This document shows, one piece after another, positions 43,768 through 52,080 of a DNA stretch of 64,000 nt. Under the pieces are notes generated by a model. It was not told where the DNA came from. It worked only from the letters and a program-made list of their open reading frames with translations, and ran no database searches. The DNA is taken from assembly GCA_035271185.1 (NCBI GenBank), contig DATERV010000174.1, forward strand, positions 7,707-71,706. Direction: 5' to 3'. Source of the DNA: Lachnospiraceae bacterium (GTDB taxonomy: Bacteria; Bacillota; Clostridia; Lachnospirales; Lachnospiraceae). Positions within the stretch are counted from its first letter, which is position 1. Each line of letters starts with the position of its first letter. The translations under genes were made by a program, and so were the position numbers.

Positions 43768-45963
43768 GTGATACTAAACTATATATTATCGAAGGAAAAT
43801 ATTGAAATCTGTAAGCTTTTGGATGAAGAAAAGATATTTTACTGCCTGCCATCAGATATTGATTTAGCAGGTAATTTTCGCGGCAATTCCTATGTAGTAA
43901 TGACAAACAGGAGAGTATTTTTGTTAGAAGAGGGTTGTCTTTCCAAGGAGTTTTTCATTAGTGATTGTGAGAGTATACAGTGTGAGCCTCGGATTGCCTG
44001 TGGTATTGTTTATATAATCAGGGAAGGAACACAGATACTAATAGCAAGATACTCGGCCAAACACCTTGTACGGTATTCCTATTTATTCCGGGGAATGCAA
44101 ATACTAAAACAGGGGAGAACTGACAGAGTAATCAGCAGTGAATATGAGAAATCCTGTCCCAAATGTGGTCGTGCACTGCCAGGAACCAAGGATTGTCCGA
44201 AATGCAGTGGAAAGAAACAAGGTATTCTCTACGTATTTGGTGCCATGTTGAAGCCCCATATAAAGGAACTGATTGTCATATTGATCTTTATGCTGGCAGC
44301 AACATTTGTAACACTGGCCAATCCGGCCATACAAAAGGTACTTATTGATGATGTGCTGGTAGCTGATCGGAAAAATGTGAAAGAAGCTGTAATATGTCTG
44401 CTTCTTATGCTGGTCATGTCAGTAGGAATCGTCATTATCAATGTGGTAAAAAGTTATTTGTGTACGAGACTGGGTTCCAATATCAGTGAAGAACAGAGAA
44501 GAAAGCTGTTTGTGAAGATTCAACAGTTATCTCTTTCTTTTATTAATGAAAGAAGTCCGGGAGAACTGATGAACCGTATTGTACAGGACACCAACCGAAT
44601 CAGTCACTTTGTGGGGGATGTTTTCTGTAATATGTTTACCGTATCGGTACTGTTTGTGTGTGTATGTGGATACATGCTGATACTGAACTGGAAACTGGCT
44701 TTGTTATCCTATGTATTCATTCCGGTTTCCGTTGTAGTTTCCGTTGCATACAGAAAAAGAGTACGAAAGAGATTCAGAATGCAGGGAGCAAAAAGTGATA
44801 AGGTCAACAGTAATTTGCAGGATGTGATTTCCGGTATGACAGTTGTCAAGTCTTATGGCCAGGAACAGAGAGAATCCGAGTATTTTAATGCTACAGCTGA
44901 TGATTTTGCTAAAGTACAGCGTGGCAATGAAGTGTTCTTTGCTGTTTTTTATCCGTTTTTGTCTTTTACACTAGGAGCGGGCATTTATCTTGTCACTTTT
45001 TTTGGAGGGATGAAAGCCATACAGGGGAGCATGACTCCGGGAGAGCTGTTACAGTTTATCAGTTATGCCAATTTGATGTATACTTACGTAAACTGGCTGA
45101 GTAATATGCCACGTGCCCTGATGAACTTTGTTACCAGTGTAGAAAGAATCGGTGATGTAGAGAATCAGGAACCCTCTATTTTTGACATTCCGGGAGCAGT
45201 GAAGCATATTATTGAAGGAGAGATTACTTTCCGGAATGCTTCCTTTGGATATAAATCCTATAAACCAGTTTTGGAAGGAATCAATCTTACTGTACATAAG
45301 GGAGAAATGATAGGACTGGTAGGAGCTTCCGGTACAGGAAAATCTACACTTATTAATCTTATCATGCACCTTTATGAAGTAGACGACGGAGAGATTCTGG
45401 TAGATGGCATCGATATTCGTCAGATCAAGCTGGATTATTACCACAGTCAGATTGGTGTGGTCTTACAGGAAAATTTCCTGTTTGCCGGTTCTATATTAAA
45501 CAATATCCGTTTTGCCAATCCAGATGCAACCATAGAGGAAGTCATTCGTGCCGCTAAAATGGCCAATGCACATGATTTTATTTTGAAAACTCCGGATGGA
45601 TATAATACCTACGTAGGGGAACACGGTTATAATTTATCAGGGGGAGAGAGACAGAGAATTGCCATTGCCAGAGCCATTTTGCATAATCCTAGATTATTAA
45701 TACTGGATGAAGCAACTGCAAGTCTGGATACGGAAAGCGAGTACCTGATTCAGACGGCACTGAACAGATTGACCGAAGGAAGGACTACATTTGCTATTGC
45801 ACATCGTCTGTCCACACTGAAGGACGCAGACAGACTGGTGGTAATCGATGGGCATAGCATTGCTGAAGTGGGGACACATGATGAACTCATGGAGAAAAAG
45901 GGAATCTACTATAACCTTGTGCAGGCCCAGTTTCAGATGCAGAAAAGCAGAAATGTACAATAG
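43768..45963 (+). CDS. Type-I ABC exporter (TMD-NBD half transporter) with ~150-aa N-terminal PH-like + zinc-ribbon extension
   Basis: GTG start after AAGGAG. CPKCGRALPGTKDCPKC at aa 130-146. NBD with GASGTGKST, LSGGERQRIAIARA, LLILDEATASLD, IAHRL. Confidence 0.9.
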   Translation: MILNYILSKENIEICKLLDEEKIFYCLPSDIDLAGNFRGNSYVVMTNRRVFLLEEGCLSKEFFISDCESIQCEPRIACGIVYIIREGTQILIARYSAKHLVRYSYLFRGMQILKQGRTDRVISSEYEKSCPKCGRALPGTKDCPKCSGKKQGILYVFGAMLKPHIKELIVILIFMLAATFVTLANPAIQKVLIDDVLVADRKNVKEAVICLLLMLVMSVGIVIINVVKSYLCTRLGSNISEEQRRKLFVKIQQLSLSFINERSPGELMNRIVQDTNRISHFVGDVFCNMFTVSVLFVCVCGYMLILNWKLALLSYVFIPVSVVVSVAYRKRVRKRFRMQGAKSDKVNSNLQDVISGMTVVKSYGQEQRESEYFNATADDFAKVQRGNEVFFAVFYPFLSFTLGAGIYLVTFFGGMKAIQGSMTPGELLQFISYANLMYTYVNWLSNMPRALMNFVTSVERIGDVENQEPSIFDIPGAVKHIIEGEITFRNASFGYKSYKPVLEGINLTVHKGEMIGLVGASGTGKSTLINLIMHLYEVDDGEILVDGIDIRQIKLDYYHSQIGVVLQENFLFAGSILNNIRFANPDATIEEVIRAAKMANAHDFILKTPDGYNTYVGEHGYNLSGGERQRIAIARAILHNPRLLILDEATASLDTESEYLIQTALNRLTEGRTTFAIAHRLSTLKDADRLVVIDGHSIAEVGTHDELMEKKGIYYNLVQAQFQMQKSRNVQ

Positions 45964-45981
45964 AAAAATTCTCACGACCAT

Positions 45982-46908
45982 TCATAGTCTTGCGTTTTTA
46001 GCCCGATACTCACTGGGCGTACAGTTCTTTTGCTGCTTAAATAGACGGTTAAAGGTGGAGATGCTTGGAAAACCTGCCCGAAGTGCTACTTCAGTGATAG
46101 ACAAATCCGGTTCTGCCAAAAGCTCTTCAGCTGCCTTAATCCGTCTGTAGCAAATGTAATCGCAAAAAGTAAAGTTGGTGTATTGCTTGAACAGTCTGGA
46201 AAAATGAAACTTACTAAATCCAATCATGTCAGCAACATTTTCCAGATTCAAGTCTTCCATATAATGGGTGTCGATATAATCCATTAGTTCATTGAATTTA
46301 TGCATATATTCTTTCTGCTTATAAAGACGAACATTAGGAAACATATCTGATTCATCCAAACGGTTGTACCCCAGCTTAATAAAGAATTTTAGCAGGTTGG
46401 AATAGATGGACAATTCAGCATATTCATGTTTATTAAAATATTCATCTGTCATTGTCATCAGAGACTGGTGAAGATCGTCATAAATTTTGGGGTATGTATC
46501 CTTTTTAATATGAAAAGGAGCTACCAATAAGGACTGGATACCTGCAAACCCTTTCAATCTGGTCAATGGTGTAATATCAAACAGGAAGATAAAGCGGCTT
46601 CCGTTTTCCGGAGCAATTAACTTATGTATTTCTCCGGGGGGGATGATAAATATATCACCGGGCATGATGTGAAAATACTCATCCCCAACCTTAATGTCAT
46701 AATAATTATTGTGGGGCATGATAATCTCTAACGCATTGTGCCAGTGAGTATCATAGACAATGCTCTGCTCATTGTACCAGATTCTGACAGTGGTACTGTT
46801 GTGATATTCCACTATTTCATGTATGTTATCAACTAGTCTGGAACCAGCATAATCAGCATTTGCTGAGTAAAGATCCATATCCTTACTTTGGGAATAAATG
46901 TCAATCAT
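45982..46908 (-). CDS. AraC family transcriptional regulator (cupin sensor + HTH)
   Basis: C-terminal AraC HTH (IGFSKFHFSRLFKQYTNFTFCDYICYRRIKAAEELL...ITEVALRAGFPSISTFNRLFKQ), N-terminal cupin-like region. GGGAGG SD. Confidence 0.92.
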   Translation of the reverse strand: MIDIYSQSKDMDLYSANADYAGSRLVDNIHEIVEYHNSTTVRIWYNEQSIVYDTHWHNALEIIMPHNNYYDIKVGDEYFHIMPGDIFIIPPGEIHKLIAPENGSRFIFLFDITPLTRLKGFAGIQSLLVAPFHIKKDTYPKIYDDLHQSLMTMTDEYFNKHEYAELSIYSNLLKFFIKLGYNRLDESDMFPNVRLYKQKEYMHKFNELMDYIDTHYMEDLNLENVADMIGFSKFHFSRLFKQYTNFTFCDYICYRRIKAAEELLAEPDLSITEVALRAGFPSISTFNRLFKQQKNCTPSEYRAKNARL

Positions 46909-47063
46909 ATTTTGCTACCTCCCATGTATGGCAAATATCAGTTTTTGTTAGCACATGTTACAAAGGATATTTTAACATTTTAATCATAAAATGTAAATAT
47001 TACTTTTTTTAAACAGATAGATAGTAAGAAGGGTATAAATGTTGCACAATAGAATTCTATTCT

Positions 47064-47090
47064 TTCACAAATATGTAAGCAATTTGTGAA
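47064..47090. promoter_or_regulatory. Perfect 9-bp inverted repeat TTCACAAAT-N9-ATTTGTGAA in the AraC / SBP divergent intergenic region (candidate operator)
   Basis: Read directly. It lies ~45 bp upstream of an extended -10-like TGTATAAT (47134-47141) and ~110 bp upstream of the SBP start codon. Confidence 0.4.
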
Positions 47091-47197
47091 TATTAAATAG
47101 CAAAATATAAGGAGACGGCGGTAAAAAAGAAAATGTATAATATAAATGTGATGCAGAGACATGAGAAATTCGTAAATTGTAAGATTGGAGTGGGTTT

Positions 47198-50155
47198 ATG
47201 AAAGAATCTACTAAAAGAGTAATTATTATTTTAGGTGCGCTGTTGGCGATTGTTGTATGTTGTTTATTATTGAATCTTCGCCAGACAGTAAATTTTTCGA
47301 AAAAGTATGAAGGTGTGGATTTGACTACAGATGCAGAAGGTGTAGGCAGAGAGGGTACTTATATGAAGTATCAGACTGCGCATAAAGAAGCTGCACGTCC
47401 TCAGAATGATGTAGATGTGGATATTTTTTCTTATTTAAACGGAGAAGAGGTTGAGACATATACAAATTATGCAGGGGTGGATCAGGCGCTTTACACAGGA
47501 GCCAGTTCCAGCGTAACATGGGAAGTGAATATTCCACAAGCCGGATTGTATAACATCCTTTTGGAATATATACCTGTGGAGTCCAGAGGAGTAGCCATCG
47601 AACGTTCTTTCTATATTAATGATGCACTTCCTTTTGATGATGCAGCTAATATTGCTTTTTACAGAACGTGGATGGACGGCGGAGAAAAGCGCGTAGATAA
47701 CCAGGGAAATGAATTCCGTCCTGTTCAGGTTGAAAACTATGACTGGGATAGTACATATTGCAGAGATGATATGGGCTATGTGGTGGAACCCTTTCAATTC
47801 TATTTTGAAAAAGGGTTGAACACCATTACTATGGTTGGCGTAAATGAGCCCATGGTCTTAAAGAAAGTTTCAATCACTGCTGTGAAAGAGAAGGTGACTT
47901 ACCAGGAATACATACAAAACCAGCCTACCGTGACACAGACAGCAGATGGATTAAATTATCTGCGCACAGTGCAGGGAGAAGAATCTTCATTACGTTCTGA
48001 ATCCTCACTATATGCAAAATATGATCGTTCTTCACCGACCACTTACCCTAACAGTGTCACCAAGACTCTACTTAACTATGTGGGTGGGGATTCATGGAAG
48101 ACTTCAGGACAATGGATTGAGTGGAACATTGAAGTCCCAGAAGATGGTTATTACAACATTATGATTAAGGGACGTCAGAATTATACCAGAGGTAGTGTAT
48201 CAAGCCGTACCGTACATATTGATGGGGAAATCCTGTTTGATGAGTTAAAAGAGATTTCATTTGCTTATGCAAACGATTGGGAGTGTAAAACACTTTCTGA
48301 TGAGAATGAAGATCCATTTAAATTCTATCTGACCAAGGGAACTCATACCTTACGCTTGGAAGCCACTCTTGGAGACATGGGACAGATTTTAGAGGAATTG
48401 GAAGATTCCACATTCAGATTAAATCAGATGTACCGTGAGCTTTTGGTTTATATCGGATCAACACCTGATAAATACAGAGATTACCATATTGATCAAATGT
48501 ATCCGCAGATGATTGATGCTATGTCATTGGAATCAAAGAGACTGTTCAAATTGGTAGATGATGTTGTTTCAGTTACCGGACAGAAAGCTGATAAAATCGC
48601 TTCCGCACAGACACTTGCGCAGCAGCTGGAAAGATTTACAAAAAAACCAGAGAAAATTACAATTGAATTTACTACATTTAAAGATAATATCACTGCACTG
48701 GGTACTGCTATCCTCAATATGAGTGAAACCAAGATGGATGTTGATTATCTGGTAGTAAGCGGAACTGATGCAAAAGTAGAGAAGGATAAAGCGAATGGCT
48801 TTGCCAAAGCATGGCATGAAATCAAATCATTTTTTGCTTCTTTCGTAGTAGATTATAATTCCGTAGGTGATGTTTATGATGATAAGAACGGTGATGGAAC
48901 AATTAAAGTATGGGTCCTTACCGGACGTGATCAAGGAACAATATTGAAATCCATGGTTGATGATACCTTTATTCCAAACTCAGGAATAGGAGTTAATGTA
49001 GAGATTGTTACGGGAGATGCTCTATTGACTGCAGTACTTGCAGGAAGAGGGCCCGATGTGGTTCTTTCTGTAGGCGCAGACCAGCCAATCAACTATGCAC
49101 TTCGTGGTGCAGCAGAGGACTTAACACAATTTACTGATCTAGATCAGGTACTAAAATCATATAATGCAAGTTCCTACGCACAATATGAACTGGAAGGTGG
49201 TCTTTATGCATTACCTGAGACACAGACCTTTAATGTCATGTTTTATAGAAAAGATGTTTTGAACGAGCTAGAGTTGGAAGTACCGAATACATGGCAGGAT
49301 GTGATTGAAATCCTTCCTACCATACAGGGAAATAATATGTCAATAGGTATTCCTACTGCTGCTGGTAGCAATAGTATTGCGACTCCTTCTACTGCCGTTG
49401 CTTCCACACAGCCTGACTTGTCCATGTATTTCAGCTTACTGTTCCAGAATGGCGGGGACTTATACAACGAAGCCGGTACGGCAACTACAGTAGATAAAGA
49501 AGCAGGAATTGAAGCGTTTTCAGATTATACTAAGTATTTTACTGATTATGGAATCCCTATGATTTATGACTTTGTCAGCAGATTCCGTTCAGGCGAAATG
49601 CCAATAGGTATTGTTTCCTATGCTACATATAATACACTGATGGTATCTGCACCGGAAATCAAAGGACTATGGGACTTTACATTAATTCCTGGTACAGAAC
49701 AAGTAGATGAGAGTGGAAAAACCTATATTGATCGTTCCGATTTTGTGACCGGATCAGCAACTATGATGATTAAGCAGAATAACGATAAGAAGAAACAAAA
49801 TGCTTGGGAGTTTATGAAATGGTGGGCTTCCGCAGACTCACAGGTTCGTTTCGGACGTGAGATTGAGGCATTACTTGGCTCTTCTGCAAGATATGCTACA
49901 GCAAATTATGACGCATTTACCAGACTCGCCTGGAGTGCGAGAGATATTGAGATTTTGTCAGAACAGTGGCAATGGACCAAAGGTATTCGTGAAGTGCCAG
50001 GTGGATATTATACCGGTAGACATATTACGAATGCAATTCGTAAAGTTCTTAATGAACAAACAGATCCAAGAGAGACAATCTTAGACTATAGGATTAAGAT
50101 TGATGATGAGATTATCAAAAAACGTGAGGAATTTGGTCTGCCAATAGATAGATAA
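47198..50155 (+). CDS. Giant membrane-anchored extracellular solute-binding protein with two N-terminal CBM-like modules
   Basis: 985 aa. N-terminal TM (VIIILGALLAIVVCCLLLNL), no lipobox. Two internally repeated beta-sandwich-like modules (VTWEVNIPQAGLYNILLEY...FYFEKGLNTITM and IEWNIEVPEDGYYNIMIKG...FYLTKGTHTLRLEA). Helical linker, then a C-terminal type-I sugar SBP-like region. Confidence 0.8.
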   Translation: MKESTKRVIIILGALLAIVVCCLLLNLRQTVNFSKKYEGVDLTTDAEGVGREGTYMKYQTAHKEAARPQNDVDVDIFSYLNGEEVETYTNYAGVDQALYTGASSSVTWEVNIPQAGLYNILLEYIPVESRGVAIERSFYINDALPFDDAANIAFYRTWMDGGEKRVDNQGNEFRPVQVENYDWDSTYCRDDMGYVVEPFQFYFEKGLNTITMVGVNEPMVLKKVSITAVKEKVTYQEYIQNQPTVTQTADGLNYLRTVQGEESSLRSESSLYAKYDRSSPTTYPNSVTKTLLNYVGGDSWKTSGQWIEWNIEVPEDGYYNIMIKGRQNYTRGSVSSRTVHIDGEILFDELKEISFAYANDWECKTLSDENEDPFKFYLTKGTHTLRLEATLGDMGQILEELEDSTFRLNQMYRELLVYIGSTPDKYRDYHIDQMYPQMIDAMSLESKRLFKLVDDVVSVTGQKADKIASAQTLAQQLERFTKKPEKITIEFTTFKDNITALGTAILNMSETKMDVDYLVVSGTDAKVEKDKANGFAKAWHEIKSFFASFVVDYNSVGDVYDDKNGDGTIKVWVLTGRDQGTILKSMVDDTFIPNSGIGVNVEIVTGDALLTAVLAGRGPDVVLSVGADQPINYALRGAAEDLTQFTDLDQVLKSYNASSYAQYELEGGLYALPETQTFNVMFYRKDVLNELELEVPNTWQDVIEILPTIQGNNMSIGIPTAAGSNSIATPSTAVASTQPDLSMYFSLLFQNGGDLYNEAGTATTVDKEAGIEAFSDYTKYFTDYGIPMIYDFVSRFRSGEMPIGIVSYATYNTLMVSAPEIKGLWDFTLIPGTEQVDESGKTYIDRSDFVTGSATMMIKQNNDKKKQNAWEFMKWWASADSQVRFGREIEALLGSSARYATANYDAFTRLAWSARDIEILSEQWQWTKGIREVPGGYYTGRHITNAIRKVLNEQTDPRETILDYRIKIDDEIIKKREEFGLPIDR

Positions 50156-50181
50156 TTATTTGTAGCAGTTGGAGGAGAGCA

Positions 50182-51120
50182 ATGAAGGAATACTTACAAA
50201 AATATTTCATTTTGCGCAAACACAATTTTCAAGTGGGAGTTAAAAAAGCAAAAAGAAGTAAAATGTGCTATTTATTCTTAGCACCATTTGCAATATTGTT
50301 TACTATGTTTAGCGTTTTACCAGTAATTACATCTATATTCTTAAGCTTTACATATTATAATATCTTGGAAGCTCCAAGATTTCTAGGTGTGACAAACTAC
50401 GTCAACCTAATCTTACAGGATGATGTCTTCTTGATAGGTGTTAAAAATACATTTATGATAGCATTCATCACCGGACCAATAGGGTATTTGATGTCCTTCC
50501 TGTTTGCGTGGCTGATTAATGAATTGCCCAGATGGATTAGAACCATTGCAGTTATTGTGTTTTATGCACCTTCCATAGCAGGTAACGTATTCGTTATTTT
50601 CTCCATTTTCTTTAGAGGTGATGCTTATGGATATGTAAATGCATTTTTAATGAATTTGGGACTTATTGACGCTCCTATTCTCTGGCTTATTAATCCTACA
50701 TACATGCTACCTATTTGTATGGTTGTTATTTTGTGGATGAGTCTTGGTACCGGATTCCTTTCCTTTGTTGCTGGATTACAGGGTGTAGACCGATCTCAAT
50801 ACGAAGCTGGATATATGGATGGCGTGAAAAACCGTTGGCAGGAGCTATGGTATATTACTCTTCCCAATATGAAACCTATGCTAATGTTCGGTGCAGTTAT
50901 GTCAATAACATCTTCTTTCGGTGTTGCGGATGTTACCATGGCACTATGTGGATATCCCAGTACAGATTATGCAGCCCGTACTGTTGTAACTCATTTGTTT
51001 GACTATGGTTATTCCCGATTTGAAATGGGATATGCATCTGCAATTGCTACCTTATTATTCGTTATTATGATTTTATGTAATAAAGCAATACAAGGCATGC
51101 TTAGAAGATTGGGAACCTGA
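50182..51120 (+). CDS. Sugar ABC transporter permease (MalF/LplB-like)
   Basis: 312 aa, 6 TM, EAA-loop region (SQYEAGYMDGVKNRWQELWYITLP). Confidence 0.9.
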   Translation: MKEYLQKYFILRKHNFQVGVKKAKRSKMCYLFLAPFAILFTMFSVLPVITSIFLSFTYYNILEAPRFLGVTNYVNLILQDDVFLIGVKNTFMIAFITGPIGYLMSFLFAWLINELPRWIRTIAVIVFYAPSIAGNVFVIFSIFFRGDAYGYVNAFLMNLGLIDAPILWLINPTYMLPICMVVILWMSLGTGFLSFVAGLQGVDRSQYEAGYMDGVKNRWQELWYITLPNMKPMLMFGAVMSITSSFGVADVTMALCGYPSTDYAARTVVTHLFDYGYSRFEMGYASAIATLLFVIMILCNKAIQGMLRRLGT

Positions 51121-51166
51121 CGGGAATGAAAATAAATACCCGCAGTAGCGGAGATAGGGAAGCAAT

Positions 51167-52066
51167 ATGAGTAGAAAGAATAAAGAAGTTAACGTAAAAA
51201 GACATAAGCTCAAAATATTTAAGAAAAGAAAACCAAATCGGTCCAGAGCGGGAGATTTTTCCCTTTATTTATTCTTATTGTTGGTAGCAGTAGCTATGGT
51301 ATTTCCACTAGTATTTGCAGTCAGCAGTGCATTGAAGCCATTGGATGAGTTATTTATGTTCCCACCTAAGGTTTTTGCACAGAATCCTACCTTGGATAAC
51401 TTTTCTGATTTGTTTGTTACCATGGGTAAATCATGGGTATCCTTTTCTAGATACATGTTTAACACAGTATTTATTACTGCAGCCGGTACGGCAGGACATC
51501 TGATTATTGCTTCCATGGGTGCATTTGTACTAGCGAAATATGATTTTCCCGGAGGAAAAGCATTCTTTAATATCGTTGTGGTTGCCTTGATGTTTAGTGG
51601 TTATGTTACAACCATACCAAATTACATTATTTTAAATAAATTAGGTTGGATTGATACTTATTGGGCAATCATAATTCCTGCTTTTGCATCTCCTATGGGA
51701 TTGTTCCTGATGAAGCAATTCATGGAAGGTCTTCCCATGTCACTGATAGAAGCAGCTAAGATTGATGGTGCTAATGAATGGAAAGTATTTTTCAATATAG
51801 TAATGCCTAATGTTAAACCAGCTTGGCTGACCTTGATTATCTTCTCCGTACAGGGGCTTTGGAATAACAGAGCAGCCACTCTGATTTATTCAGAACAGAA
51901 CAAAACTTTAGTTTATGCATTGCAGCAGATACAGAGCGGTGGTATTGCAAGAACCGGGCAGGCTGCAGCGGTTACTGTAATTATCATGATAGTTCCCATT
52001 GCAATTTTCATTTTGTCTGAAAGTCAGATACTGGAAACAATGGCAAGCTCCGGCTTGAAGGACTAA
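51167..52066 (+). CDS. Carbohydrate ABC transporter permease (MalG/LplC-like)
   Basis: 299 aa, 6 TM, EAA loop (LIEAAKIDGANEWKVFFNIVMP). Confidence 0.9.
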   Translation: MSRKNKEVNVKRHKLKIFKKRKPNRSRAGDFSLYLFLLLVAVAMVFPLVFAVSSALKPLDELFMFPPKVFAQNPTLDNFSDLFVTMGKSWVSFSRYMFNTVFITAAGTAGHLIIASMGAFVLAKYDFPGGKAFFNIVVVALMFSGYVTTIPNYIILNKLGWIDTYWAIIIPAFASPMGLFLMKQFMEGLPMSLIEAAKIDGANEWKVFFNIVMPNVKPAWLTLIIFSVQGLWNNRAATLIYSEQNKTLVYALQQIQSGGIARTGQAAAVTVIIMIVPIAIFILSESQILETMASSGLKD

Positions 52067-52080
52067 GATGGAGGCTTGAT

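Noticed and set aside
45848-46150. 100-aa plus-strand ORF spanning the exporter 3' end and the AraC 3' end
   Set aside because: It is out of frame within the ABC exporter and antisense to the well-supported AraC HTH region. It has no SD.
47064-47090. Catabolite-responsive element (cre) for CcpA
   Set aside because: The TGTAAGCAATTTGTG segment lacks the central CG and the terminal symmetry of the TGWAANCGNTNWCA consensus. It is kept only as a generic inverted repeat.
46980-47162. 60-aa minus-strand ORF in the AraC/SBP intergenic region
   Set aside because: It is an AT-rich promoter region. The peptide is Ile/Phe/Leu/Tyr-rich as expected from composition. It has no SD and overlaps the candidate operator and -10 elements.
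50715-51002. 95-aa alternative-frame plus-strand ORF inside the permease gene. Similar cases occur at 18230-18643, 44163-44348, 49857-50084, 55184-55402, 58533-58769 and 59077-59331.
   Set aside because: They are same-strand, out-of-frame ORFs inside genes with clear family motifs. Composition is biased (Cys/Trp/Arg-rich) and no SD is present.
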